Positions 1 through 10,275 of a stretch of 64,000 bases of DNA are shown here, in pieces. The DNA is taken from positions 128,001 to 192,000 of the forward strand of contig CAVXEP010000004.1 of assembly GCA_963760795.1 (NCBI GenBank), in the 5' to 3' direction. The translations under genes were made by a program, and so were the position numbers. Every line of letters starts with the position of its first letter. Within the stretch, counting starts at the first letter, position 1. Source of the stretch: an uncultured delta proteobacterium (GTDB taxonomy: Bacteria; Desulfobacterota; Binatia; UBA9968). A model generated the notes under the pieces. That model searched no databases and was not told the DNA's origin. It was given only the letters and a program-made list of their open reading frames with translations.

Positions 1-408
<408 letters not shown>

Positions 409-510
409 CCAAGATCCCGCTGGGGCAAAAGATTTTTCGTTTCTGACTTTGTGCCCTTTGCGTTCTTTGCGGCCAATCCTTCGACTGCTATTTTCCCAAG
501 GAGCCTGCCC

Positions 511-1401
511 ATGACCTTGTACGACGACATGATGGAAGGCGTCATCGACGTTCACTGCCACATCGATTTCGAGTTTTCCGCCAAGGAGCGCAAACGCGAG
601 CCGGAGTTTCTCTGGCTGCCCAAGGCCGAGGCGATGGGCATGCGCGGTGTCGTGCTGAAATCCCACTGGTGGCCGACGGTCAACGTCACGCCGTACATTT
701 TGTCTTCGGTGGAAACCAAAGTCGCGCTCTGGTCGAGCGTCGCGCTGAACCTCACCGCCGGCGGACCGAATCCGTGCATCGTCGACGCCTGCGCCGCCCT
801 CGGCGGCAAGATGATTTTCCTGCCGACGTGGAGCGCGCGCAATGACGTCGAGCGCAAAGGCTTCAGCAGCCGCATCAAGTCCTACTACGCCAACCACGCC
901 AAGTTAGAAAACCCCAACTATTATTTTCTCGACGACCAAGGCAGGCTGATCAAAAGCGGCTATGAGATCATCGAGTGCTGCAAAGCCCATGATCTGACCC
1001 TCGGCATGGGCCATGTGTCGTGGCAGGAATCTCTCGCCTTTATCGCAGCTGCGCGCGACATGGGCTACAGCCACAGGTTGGTGATCAATCACGTGCAGAG
1101 CCACATCATCGCCATGCCGGTGGACGCCATGAAACAAGCCGCCGAGATGGGCGCATTCCTCGAAGCCTGCTGGAATGCCCTGGCGCCGGGACGCATGGAC
1201 TCGCCGGAATTGGTCGCCCAGTTCCGTCAAGTCGGACTGCGCCAGATCGTCGCCAGCACCGACTACTTCCGCCCCTACAGTCCCAATCCTGCCGAGCTAT
1301 TTAGAATGTACCTGGGCATGCTCCACGAAGGCGGCTTGAGCAAGGGCGAAGTCAACCAAGTCGCGTCGATCAATCCGGCGCGCTTGATGGGCATGGCGTA
1401 A
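511..1401 (+). CDS. Metal-dependent amidohydrolase-like TIM barrel protein (DUF6282-like)
   Basis: IDVHCH, GMRGVVLKSH, GHVS and STD motifs; AGGAG ahead of ATG 511. Confidence 0.7.
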   Translation: MTLYDDMMEGVIDVHCHIDFEFSAKERKREPEFLWLPKAEAMGMRGVVLKSHWWPTVNVTPYILSSVETKVALWSSVALNLTAGGPNPCIVDACAALGGKMIFLPTWSARNDVERKGFSSRIKSYYANHAKLENPNYYFLDDQGRLIKSGYEIIECCKAHDLTLGMGHVSWQESLAFIAAARDMGYSHRLVINHVQSHIIAMPVDAMKQAAEMGAFLEACWNALAPGRMDSPELVAQFRQVGLRQIVASTDYFRPYSPNPAELFRMYLGMLHEGGLSKGEVNQVASINPARLMGMA

Positions 1402-1534
1402 AGGCTTCGCATAACCCACCAACGTGATCGAACGAGGTGGGTTGCGACCATGATCGGGTTGAGATTCACTTTTTCCGAGCAGTCAAACGGTGCGAGTTAA
1501 TTGAGCAGATAGCGAAGTCGAGGGCGCACTCGAA

Positions 1535-2437
1535 TCATTTTTCGAAGAGCGCGCTTTCTTCACGATAAGCCTGCGCCAGCTCCTCAAGCAGCTGAGCGAT
1601 CGCGGCCTCGTCGACTAAACCGCACCTAGAGAGCAACTGCTCGGGCGGTGTCGCCGGTTCGGTGAAAAAACCCAGATTGCACCGGCTGCTGAGATAATCG
1701 GCGACAGTCAACAGGTTCGCCAATTCATTATTGCTGGCGCCGTCGCTATGGTGCTTCAGCGTCGCATGGATGATCTGGCCGTCGAGATTCCAGCGGTTGA
1801 GAATCGTGTGGCCCATGAGCGCGTGATCGACGCCGTACACTTCGCGCTCGGCTTCGACGACGGGGCGCCGCGCCGCCTGAACCGCGGCAAGCAAGTTCTC
1901 GTAGCCGACGGGATCGCCGTGCAAGAATAGCATCTGCCCGACGTCGTGCATGAGACCGATGAGAAAACCGATCTCGTCGTCGCGCGAGCGAGCGCGCTGA
2001 GACAAAATGCGCATCGCCAGGGCCACGCCCAGCGAATGGCGCCACAGCTTCTCGGAAATAGCGTTGCCCTTCAAGCGCAAGCTCTGGGTCGCGCTGGTGA
2101 TCACCAAACTGGTCAGCGCGCGAAAGCCGAGCACCTGCACGGCGCCGAGGAGCGTGGTCGGCAGAGTGCGCAGCGCGTAACGGGGCGACCGCGACACCGC
2201 CAACACCCGCGCCGAAAGCATTGGGTCGTCGGCCAGCACGCGACAGAGATTTTGCATGCTGACTTCCGGATCCTGGACCAGCTCCAACAGCTTATTCACC
2301 ACCGCCGGGACGGACGGCAGTGGATGGCCCTCCATTACGTTGTGGAGATAATTGCGCACCGGCCCTGGGCGCAAACTGTTGGTTTGATTCGCGGCTTTCG
2401 GTATCACGGCCACTCTCGATATAAAAATTATCGGCAT
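1535..2437 (-). CDS. Stand-alone HDOD domain protein
   Basis: LPSVP, DPMLSARVL, LWRHSL, GLMHDVG, GVDHA and HH motifs. Confidence 0.9.
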   Translation of the reverse strand: MPIIFISRVAVIPKAANQTNSLRPGPVRNYLHNVMEGHPLPSVPAVVNKLLELVQDPEVSMQNLCRVLADDPMLSARVLAVSRSPRYALRTLPTTLLGAVQVLGFRALTSLVITSATQSLRLKGNAISEKLWRHSLGVALAMRILSQRARSRDDEIGFLIGLMHDVGQMLFLHGDPVGYENLLAAVQAARRPVVEAEREVYGVDHALMGHTILNRWNLDGQIIHATLKHHSDGASNNELANLLTVADYLSSRCNLGFFTEPATPPEQLLSRCGLVDEAAIAQLLEELAQAYREESALFEK

Positions 2438-2507
2438 GGCTCTGGAGAACTTTAGCTTTGATAATCGGGCGGGGGGATTGTCGCGGAAAAATCTTGTGAG
2501 TTAGAAC

Positions 2508-3266
2508 TTAAACCAGCTTCCTGCCTCGATAGACGACTATCTCCGACCCTTCGGCGAGAAACGCCGACGACGGCGCGCCGCGCAAAACCTGGCCGAACTG
2601 CTCGCCGTAAAGCTTCTCGACATCGACCTCCAAGCGCGCGCTGCGTGCCTGCCACAGGCGCCACCCCGGATGATCCACACGATACTCCATGGTGCCGCCG
2701 TTTCTCTGCCTTGAATAACCCCAGTAGTGCTGCGCGATAAACTCTTCCGCTGAACCTTCGACAAAATGGCTCGGCGCGCCGCCGGTCACAACTTCGAGAA
2801 ACTGCGCGCGTTTTTCAAACGTCCAGAAATATCTTGCCGCTGCAATATTCATGGGATCATCCGGCGAACGAAAAAGCTCGTGGCCGGTCGGCAAGGCGAC
2901 ATAGTTCTCGTTGTAAAGCCAGCGCGCCACCCAGGCGATCGCCGCGCGCGGCACGATCTCCTTGATGAACACCACTCCGCGGCGCCAACCATCCTCAGCC
3001 TTGTGGCGCACGTAAAAGCGCAAATTGATCTCTTCAAAGTTCTCGTGCAGTGGAATCGCCAGCCCCAAGACCCTGGTGTTAAGAAACGAAAATCCGACCA
3101 TGCTGACGAAAGTCCGGCCGTTCCACGTATCCAACTCCGTGCCACCTGGCACCAACGGTTGGAGCAGCGCCGGATCGCTTTCATAATTGAGCAGCGCCAG
3201 ATAGCGCCAGTCGGCGGTGAGAAACGGTTTGCCGTACTGATTCATAGAGCCACGGTTTAGCGCCAT
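2508..3266 (-). CDS. YqjF/DUF2071 family protein
   Basis: FLTADWRYL, LQPLVPGGTELD, FEEINLRFYVR, HYWGY, EYRVDHPGW. Confidence 0.85.
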   Translation of the reverse strand: MALNRGSMNQYGKPFLTADWRYLALLNYESDPALLQPLVPGGTELDTWNGRTFVSMVGFSFLNTRVLGLAIPLHENFEEINLRFYVRHKAEDGWRRGVVFIKEIVPRAAIAWVARWLYNENYVALPTGHELFRSPDDPMNIAAARYFWTFEKRAQFLEVVTGGAPSHFVEGSAEEFIAQHYWGYSRQRNGGTMEYRVDHPGWRLWQARSARLEVDVEKLYGEQFGQVLRGAPSSAFLAEGSEIVVYRGRKLV

Positions 3267-3267
3267 T

Positions 3268-3618
3268 CTACGGTTCGAATTTTTCGTCTTCTGGGATCAC
3301 GTCCGTCACCAGATCGCGAATCAGCGGCCGTTTAGGCAGCGGCTCGACGGTCGTTCCACCCGGCATCAATTTAGCGATGCAGGTGTACTCGACAACGCCG
3401 TTGACCAGCGCCATGCAGGTCTTGCAGGCATTGGCGTTGATGCAGCTGTAGCGGATCGCCAGGCCGCTGTCTAAATTCCCGCGAATCCAGCGCAGGGCGT
3501 CGAGTACCGACATGCCCTCTTCGTAGGGCACTTGGAAATCGTCGTAGCGCGCCGCCTCGCCCGGCGCGCCGCGCCGGACGTGAAGAGTTGCCGTTTTTGT
3601 TGCCGCCGCCATTGTCAT
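3268..3618 (-). CDS. 2Fe-2S protein resembling only the N-terminal domain of SdhB/FrdB
   Basis: VPYEEGMSVLDAL, RYSCINANACKTC...C, VEPL...IRDLV; start overlaps the flavoprotein stop. Confidence 0.8.
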   Translation of the reverse strand: MTMAAATKTATLHVRRGAPGEAARYDDFQVPYEEGMSVLDALRWIRGNLDSGLAIRYSCINANACKTCMALVNGVVEYTCIAKLMPGGTTVEPLPKRPLIRDLVTDVIPEDEKFEP

Positions 3619-5303
3619 CCGCCGGGCAAGCGCACAGGGGCGATCCAGCTTGTCCGGAGTTCGCCGTTGTCCAACGCAAGGACTTGGTTTTTCAGAAATG
3701 AATCGTCCGGCGCGGGAAAATCCTCGCGCTGGTGCGCGCCCCGGCTCTCGGTGCGGGCCAGCGCGGCGGTAACGATCGCCGCGGCGGTGGTCAGCATGGC
3801 GCGCAGCTCGAACCAGTCTTGAAGATCCATGTTGTAGGGCTGCGCCGCGGCGAGATTTAGTCTCGGCAATTGCTGCCGCATGCCCTCGATTCGTGCCAGC
3901 GCCGCTGACAATTTTTCGCCGCTGCGAAACGGCCCGGCGTTCTCCCACATGAGTTTTTGCAGCTCGACCTGCAGCGAGATCGGTGTCGCTGCGCCGGCGC
4001 CATCGCTGCAAGCTGAACCGCGCAAACGTTCGAGCGCCGCCTCTGCCGCGGTTTCATGCCAATGAGAACTGGTCTGTTTAAGATTACGCGCGGCGCTCGA
4101 TCCGGCGCGCTCGCCGAAAACAAAGGCTTCGGTGATGGCGTTGCCGGACAAGCGATTGGCGCCGTTGGCGCCGCCCACCGCTTCGCCGGCGGCGTAAAGC
4201 CCGGCGATTCGCGTTTGCATGTCGGCGCCGACGCGAACGCCGCCCATGTGGTAATGCGCCATGGGACCGACCTCCACCGCTGTTTTGGTCAGATCGATGC
4301 CATTGGTCAGCAAACGGTCGATCACCGGACCGAAGGCGCCGCGCAGTTCGGCCTCGGCAACATGGCGAAAGTCCAGGTAAGCCCCGCCATGGGGCGTGCC
4401 GCGGCCGGCCTCGACTTCCTTCAAGATGGCGTAGGCGGCGACATCGCGGGTGGCGTTGTACTTGCCGAAATCCGTGCTGCCGTAGCGGTCGATGAATTCT
4501 TCGAACTTGCCGTTGAGTAATTTACCGCCGAGCTTGTAGCGAAACGGATCCCACATGATCGGGTCCATGCCGACCAAGCGCGGCGCCAGATGACCGATGG
4601 GAAAGAACTGGACGAACTCCATATCGATCAATTCCGCGCCGGCCCACAAGGCCATCGCATAGGCTTCGCCGCCCATGTTGGCCGACGCGCTATTGCGCTG
4701 GTAGAGTTTGGTCAAACCGCCGGCGGCGAGGATCACCGCCTTGGCCTCTATGACCAGCCATTGTCCGTCGGCGAGATTGAGCGCCACAGCACCCATCGCT
4801 CTGCCCTGGCTAACGAGAATTTCCACCACCGCCAGGTTACTGATGCGCCGAATCGCGGCAGTCTCGCTGACCTTGCGCCGCAAGGTTGCCGCCACCGCCG
4901 GACCGGTATTGAGAAAGTCGACATAGCAGCAGCGCTTGACGCTATGGCCGGGCGCCATCTCCTGCTTGATATGGCCGTCCTCGCGCGCCCAGCGTGTGCC
5001 CCACTGCGCCATCTCGCGTATGCGCTTCGGCCCGTCTTCACAGAGTAAATGCGCCAGCGCCTGATTGCACAGGCCGCGCCCGGCGTTCAACGTGTCTTGA
5101 AAATGCAGTTGCACCGAGTCGGCTTCCTGCTCACCCAGGGCGACGGCTACAGTCATCTGCGCCATGATCGTCGCGCCGCCGCGGCCGACCTGGCTCTTGT
5201 CGAGCAGCAGCACCGACGCGCCTTCGCGCGCCGCGGCGATCGCCGCGTACATGCCGGCGCCGCCGGCGCCGACGATGAGAACATCGGTGGAGAGATGGGG
5301 CAT
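3615..5303 (-). CDS. FAD-dependent oxidoreductase, SdhA/FrdA/NadB superfamily flavoprotein
   Basis: GAGGAG, DMEFVQFFP, HYHMGG, GLYAAGE, GANRLSGN, ESRGAHQREDFP. Confidence 0.9.
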   Translation of the reverse strand: MPHLSTDVLIVGAGGAGMYAAIAAAREGASVLLLDKSQVGRGGATIMAQMTVAVALGEQEADSVQLHFQDTLNAGRGLCNQALAHLLCEDGPKRIREMAQWGTRWAREDGHIKQEMAPGHSVKRCCYVDFLNTGPAVAATLRRKVSETAAIRRISNLAVVEILVSQGRAMGAVALNLADGQWLVIEAKAVILAAGGLTKLYQRNSASANMGGEAYAMALWAGAELIDMEFVQFFPIGHLAPRLVGMDPIMWDPFRYKLGGKLLNGKFEEFIDRYGSTDFGKYNATRDVAAYAILKEVEAGRGTPHGGAYLDFRHVAEAELRGAFGPVIDRLLTNGIDLTKTAVEVGPMAHYHMGGVRVGADMQTRIAGLYAAGEAVGGANGANRLSGNAITEAFVFGERAGSSAARNLKQTSSHWHETAAEAALERLRGSACSDGAGAATPISLQVELQKLMWENAGPFRSGEKLSAALARIEGMRQQLPRLNLAAAQPYNMDLQDWFELRAMLTTAAAIVTAALARTESRGAHQREDFPAPDDSFLKNQVLALDNGELRTSWIAPVRLPGG

Positions 5304-5602
5304 TGGGGATTAGCAGGCGCGGTTGCGTTGCGATTCATTTTCGCGAGTAGCGCGGCTCCTGTCGGATCGATCGTAGGGAATTTGCTTGCGTCCTTGACTC
5401 CCACGAACGGATCGACTTAGTGCAACAATACGAAGTTTGTCGTCATTCCCGCGTACAGCGCGGCACAATCGCACGGAATTTGATTTCTGCGCCCAGGCAA
5501 GCCGTAAAGGTGACGGACCGCGCTCGTCATCCGCGAGGTAATGGATCCGGAACTCCGAAGGCGTCTTCGCTTGTGGATCAATCCCATTCCCTAACAGGTA
5601 TT

Positions 5603-5685
5603 TTCGCAGGAGGACACGCGCAAGCGCACGAAGTGCGGAATCTCAATCATCCGAACCTTCGTGTCCTTCGTGCCTTCGTGGTGCA
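5603..5685. repeat. CACGAAG/CTTCGTG palindromic repeat, overlapping the rnc 3' end
   Basis: gcgcacgaag ... cttcgtgtccttcgtgccttcgtggtg; same family as copies at 44492, 55143 and 62005. Confidence 0.7.
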
Positions 5686-6386
5686 AGCGTCTTCTCGCTA
5701 TCGCCCTGCTGCAGCTCCAGCAGCGCCAATTTAGCCGCTTCCTGTTCGGAAATCTTTTTACTCTTCCCTTCACCTTTGCCCAACACCCTGCCGCCCACCG
5801 TGATCTCGGTGACGAAAACTTTTTCATGATCGGGACCGGCCTCGGCGACGATCTGGTAAGTTGGCGGCGCGTGAAACAGCATCTGGCTGATTTCCTGCAG
5901 CCGGGTCTTGTAGTCTTGCTGGCCCAGCTGTTTACCGGTGACATCCTGGAGAAAAAAGCGCTCGACGACGCTGCGCGCCGCTGCGTAACCGCCGTCGCGA
6001 TAAACGGCGCCGAGGATCGCCTCGAAGGCGCCCGCTAAGATCGACGGCTTGCTGCGCCCTTCACTGCGTTCTTCGCCCTTGCCCAGACGCAGCAGCGCGC
6101 CGAGGTTGAGCTCGGCCGCCTTCTCCGCCAGCACCGTGGAATTCACCAGCGCCGCGCGCATGCGCGACAGATCGCCCTCGGTCTTGTCGGGATTATGCTG
6201 CATCAATAGATCGCTCACCGCCAGGTCGAGCACGGCGTCGCCGAGGAACTCCAGGACCTCGTTATGGTCGCCGCTCTTGTGCCGGTCGTAGGACACATGG
6301 GTGAGGGCGCGCTCGAGCAAAGCCTCGTCTGTGAAGCTGTAGCCCAGTTCGCCCAGCAACAGATTGAGTTGTTCGTCGGTATTCAA
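5643..6386 (-). CDS. rnc: Ribonuclease III (start uncertain: TTG 6386 or 6425)
   Basis: ALTHVS, NEVLEFLGDAVL, FEAILGAVY, dsRBD DYKTRLQE...GPDH. Confidence 0.95.
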   Translation of the reverse strand: MNTDEQLNLLLGELGYSFTDEALLERALTHVSYDRHKSGDHNEVLEFLGDAVLDLAVSDLLMQHNPDKTEGDLSRMRAALVNSTVLAEKAAELNLGALLRLGKGEERSEGRSKPSILAGAFEAILGAVYRDGGYAAARSVVERFFLQDVTGKQLGQQDYKTRLQEISQMLFHAPPTYQIVAEAGPDHEKVFVTEITVGGRVLGKGEGKSKKISEQEAAKLALLELQQGDSEKTLAPRRHEGHEGSDD

Positions 6387-6393
6387 GGGGATT

Positions 6394-7737
6394 TCACCCA
6401 CCGGTTGCGGTGAGATTTCGCTCAACGTCCGGAGTCTCCACGGTATCCACGATACCGCGCAGCCAACCGCTGCGGTATTCGCCCAGACGCACGGTGACTT
6501 CGCGGTTGGCCAGCACGCCGGCGCCGGCGAGCGCCACCGGCAGGTAATTGCGGCTGAAACCACGACCCAAGCCGGTTGTCTTGTCGACTCTGCCCTCGAC
6601 CAGCACGGCCACGCGCTGGCCGGCAAAGCCGGCGCAAAACTCCTGCTTCTTGCGCGCGCCCAGATCGCGCATCCGTTGGGCGCGCAGTTTTTTTACCGGC
6701 GTTGGAACCGCATCTGGCAACGTCGTCGCCACCGTGCCGCGCCGTGACGAATAAGGAAAAACATGAAAATAGGTCAGCGGCAGGTCGTCAAAATACTTCA
6801 GGGAAGCCTCGAATTGCCCGTCGCTCTCGCCGGGGAAGCCGACGATGATATCGCTGCCAATGGCCGCATCGGGCAGACGTTGGCGGACACGCGCGAGCAG
6901 GTCGCGATAGTAGGCGGTGTCGTAATTGCGCCGCATGGCTTTGAGAATCGCGTCATCGCCCGCCTGGGCGCAGATATGCAGATGCGGGCAGATCGAATCC
7001 GAACTCGCCATTAAATCGAGCAGCCGATCGGGGACTTCGCGCGGGTCGAGAGAACTGAGACGAATGCGCGACATCAAACCGCTTTCGGCGATCTGCTCGA
7101 CCAGCGCGGTCAAATCCAGTTTCGCCGGCAGATCCTGGCCGTAGCCGCCGAGATGGATGCCGGTGAGGACGATCTCCTGGTAACCCGAGTCGGCCAGTTG
7201 GCGCACTTGAGACAGAACTTCCCGCGGCATCACGCTGCGGCTCAGGCCGCGCGCCGTCGGGATGATGCAGTAGGTGCAGCTGTAGTTGCAGCCCTCCTGG
7301 ATTTTCACAAAGGCGCGGGTGTGGCCGGGCAGCGCCCGCGTGCCCAACACCGGCACGCCGCGCTCGCGCTTGACGTCGCTGACCGCCACCTGAGTTTCCC
7401 CGAGGGGGGCAGCCTCGACGAAACGGAGCAGATCGTCCAGGCGATTGAGACCGACGACATAGTCGACGCCTTCCAGCCGCGCCACCTCGTCCGGGCTGAC
7501 CTGGGCGTAGCAGCCGGTGACCAGCACCCTGGCGCCGGGATTCATCCGTTTGGCGCGGCGCACCAGCTGGCGCGCCTCCCAATCGGCGCGGTCGGTGACC
7601 GTGCAGGTATTGATCACATAGCAGTCCGCGGCGGTTTCGAAGGGCACGAACGAATGCTTTGCCTCCAAGCGGTTTTGAATCACCGCCGAGTCGTACTGGT
7701 TGATCTTGCAACCCAAGGTAGTAATCGCGATTCTCAT
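6394..7737 (-). CDS. mtaB: tRNA t6A37 methylthiotransferase MtaB
   Basis: TLGCKINQYDS, INTCTVT, KIQEGCNYSCTYCIIP, HVFPYS. Confidence 0.92.
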   Translation of the reverse strand: MRIAITTLGCKINQYDSAVIQNRLEAKHSFVPFETAADCYVINTCTVTDRADWEARQLVRRAKRMNPGARVLVTGCYAQVSPDEVARLEGVDYVVGLNRLDDLLRFVEAAPLGETQVAVSDVKRERGVPVLGTRALPGHTRAFVKIQEGCNYSCTYCIIPTARGLSRSVMPREVLSQVRQLADSGYQEIVLTGIHLGGYGQDLPAKLDLTALVEQIAESGLMSRIRLSSLDPREVPDRLLDLMASSDSICPHLHICAQAGDDAILKAMRRNYDTAYYRDLLARVRQRLPDAAIGSDIIVGFPGESDGQFEASLKYFDDLPLTYFHVFPYSSRRGTVATTLPDAVPTPVKKLRAQRMRDLGARKKQEFCAGFAGQRVAVLVEGRVDKTTGLGRGFSRNYLPVALAGAGVLANREVTVRLGEYRSGWLRGIVDTVETPDVERNLTATGG

Positions 7738-7754
7738 AATCTCAATACGTGAAA

Positions 7755-7900
7755 TTCCAGATTACATATTCCATATTCCAAAGCGCAGATTCCAGAATTC
7801 AGCAAATTGCAGATTGCAGATTTGAATCGGACTGCATGAATCGCTCGTTGAATCCATTGCAATTTCGTAGTCAATTCTGCAGATTCTGCTAGAATTTGTA
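7755..7900. repeat. Degenerate heptamer tandem repeats (TTCCAGA/TTGCAGA type) between mtaB and mnmA
   Basis: ttccagattacatattccatattcc...ttgcagattgcagatttg...ttctgcagattctgc. Confidence 0.5.
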
Positions 7901-7915
7901 ATCGCGGGCCTGCGC

Positions 7916-8982
7916 CTAGCGCAGCGCCCGCTCGATCCAGCCGCCGCCGAGCACTTGCTCGCCGCGATAAAAAACCGCCGCCTGGCCGGGTGTCACCGCC
8001 GGCAGTGGATTATCGAAGCGAACTTCACAGCCGCCATCCGCCATCGGGCGAATCACGCAAGGAACCGCCGGCGCGCGGTAGCGAATCTGCACTTCGGCGG
8101 CGCTCGCGCCATCCATCGGACGCTTCGATCCAGTTCACCGAGCGCGCGATCAGCCCCGCGCAATTCAGGTCATTCTTGTTACCGACAACGACGCGCTTCG
8201 AAGCCTGGTCAATATCGACGACGTAAAGCGGTTCGGCACCGGAGATGCCCAATCCCCGGCGCTGGCCGACCGTCACGGTGTGGACCCCGCCATGCTGCCC
8301 GAGCACTTTGCCGGCACGGTCGACCACCTCGCCGCCGGCTAACTCATCGGTGGCAGCGTAGGTGGCGACCAAAGCTTTGTAATCGCCGAAACAGATATCC
8401 TGGCTCTCCGGCCGCTCCGCCGCGGGCAAGTCCAACTGCCGGGCTTTCGCGCGCACCGCAGTCTTGTGCATCCCGCCCAGGGGAAACAGCGTGCGCGACA
8501 ATTGCGCCTGCGACAATGCGAAGAGAAAATACGACTGATCCTTGGCGCCGTCGACACCGCGCAGCAATGACGTATGCGCCGTCGGGGAATCCTGTGCGAG
8601 CCGGGCATAATGGCCGGTGGCGACGAAATCCGCCCCCTGCTCATCCGTCCAGCGTAGCAGCGTGCCGAGTTTGAAGTCGCGATTGCACGCCACGCAGGGA
8701 TTGGGCGTGCGGCCGTGCAGATAGTCCTGGGCAAACGGCTTGACCACCATGTTGGCGAATTGTTCGCGCAGATCGAGCAAGGTATGCGAGATGCCCAGAT
8801 GCTTGGCGACTTCCTCGGCGCCGCGATGATCCGAGCACACCCGCGGCCCCTGCTCGCCCTCCCACATGCGCAAGGAGACGCCGATGACCTCATGCCCCTG
8901 CTCCACCAGCAGCGCCGCGGTCACCGAACTATCGACCCCGCCGCTCATGGCGACGACGATTTTTTTTGCGTGGTGGTTTCAT
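7916..8982 (-). CDS. mnmA: tRNA 2-thiouridine(34) synthase MnmA; apparent 1-nt indels near 8110 and 8960
   Basis: MSGGVDSS, TPNPCVACN, ATGHYA, KDQSYFL, ESQDICF, TVGQRRGL; C-terminal VTPGQAAVFY...LGGGWI in a second frame. Confidence 0.92.
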
Positions 8983-9007
8983 GACCGACGTGACTCAGTG
9001 TGGCTTC

Positions 9008-9094
9008 CTGGAACGATTGGAACGGCTGGAACCATTGGAACCGAGCGCGCAAAAAGTTCCAACTGTTCCAATCGTTCCAACAGTTCCAACTGTT
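9008..9094. repeat. Inverted pair of 9-mer TGGAAC/GTTCCA tandem arrays
   Basis: ctggaacgattggaacggctggaaccattggaac ... gttccaactgttccaatcgttccaacagttccaac. Confidence 0.8.
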
Positions 9095-9115
9095 GCTTAT
9101 TGCCTATTGCCCTCG

Positions 9116-10105
9116 TCATTTTATGACTTGATTCGCCCGCTTCAGCAACTCGAGTGGTATCGTATGGCCAATTTGTTTTGCCGCCTTCAAGTTAATGATG
9201 AATTCAAACTTGGTCGCCTGTTGTACCGGCAGATCCTCCGGCTTAGTTCCCTTGAGGATTCTGTCTACGTATTGGGCGGCGTTGCGGAACAGGTCAGCGG
9301 CGTCCGGCCCGTAAGACATGAGACCGCCCTCATCGACAAACGCCTTCTCGGGGTAAATAGCCGGCAACTGGTACTTGACGGCAAGCTCGACGATCCGCTT
9401 TCTTTCAGCGAAAAAGGTGCGAGTGGCGGTCGTCATAATCGCTTTGACCTGCTTTTGCTTTGCGGTTTTAAAGGCGCTCTCTAAACCTTTGGCGTCGGCT
9501 TGAGTCTCTATCTCCTCCAATTTGAGCTTCAGGTACAGAGCCGCAGCCCTGAGCTCTTTCAGTTGGAGGTCAAATCCTATGTTGTCACCCGGCAGCCGCA
9601 GAAGTCCAACTCGGGCGAGCTTGGGGACCGCGTCCTTGAGTATCTCTAGCCTTTTGGTGTTTAGCTCGACCGCTAAACTCGAGAAACCGGTGACATTGCC
9701 TCCTGGCCGCGCCAGACTGGCAACCAAACCTGCACCGACGGGGTCGTCAACGTTCGTCATTACGATGGGGATGGTAGTAGTGGCGCTCTTGGCCGCTAAC
9801 GCCGGCGATACCCCTGCCACCACAATTAGATCAACCTTAAGACGAACCAGGTCCGCCGCAAGCTCAGTTCGGCGCTCAGGCTTTCCCTCCGTAAATCGGT
9901 ACTCGATGGTAAAATTCTTTCCCTCAATCCATCCCAGCTTGCTCAGCTCTTGCAGGAACGCCTTCACAAGGCCCGCGCTACCAGCAGCAGTGCCTCCACT
10001 GAGGAAACCGATGCGGAAGATTTTCCCTGCCTGCTGCGCCTCGGCGAGAGAAGCGGTAGTCAGAAAAAAAGTTGCCAGTCGCCGGATGGCGGTTCTTCTG
10101 TTCAT
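9116..10105 (-). CDS. ABC-type substrate-binding protein (ABC_sub_bind family)
   Basis: Signal peptide; LVRLKVDLIV, DPVGAGLVASLARPGGNVTG, GGLMSYG, DLPVQQATKFEFIINLKAAK. Confidence 0.9.
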   Translation of the reverse strand: MNRRTAIRRLATFFLTTASLAEAQQAGKIFRIGFLSGGTAAGSAGLVKAFLQELSKLGWIEGKNFTIEYRFTEGKPERRTELAADLVRLKVDLIVVAGVSPALAAKSATTTIPIVMTNVDDPVGAGLVASLARPGGNVTGFSSLAVELNTKRLEILKDAVPKLARVGLLRLPGDNIGFDLQLKELRAAALYLKLKLEEIETQADAKGLESAFKTAKQKQVKAIMTTATRTFFAERKRIVELAVKYQLPAIYPEKAFVDEGGLMSYGPDAADLFRNAAQYVDRILKGTKPEDLPVQQATKFEFIINLKAAKQIGHTIPLELLKRANQVIK

Positions 10106-10144
10106 TTTTCCTTATCGTAAAGGGTTGGTTCGCTTACGAAACCC

Positions 10145-10175
10145 GTAGGATGTGGTGCAGTCCGCGAACCGCATC
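10145..10175 (+). repeat. GTAG-type REP-like palindrome
   Basis: gtag gatgtggt ... accgcatc: GTAG followed by an imperfect hairpin. Confidence 0.45.
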
Positions 10176-10220
10176 GAGCGACTAAAACTTACCTTTTCTT
10201 TTCACCATTGATCGAGTCAC

Positions 10221-10262
10221 GAAACGTTTTGAACGGCTTGAACGATTTGAACGTTTTGAGCG
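10221..10262. repeat. TTGAAC 9-mer tandem array
   Basis: gaaacgttttgaacggcttgaacgatttgaacgttttgagc. Confidence 0.7.
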
Positions 10263-10275
10263 CGTTCGGCCTGCT

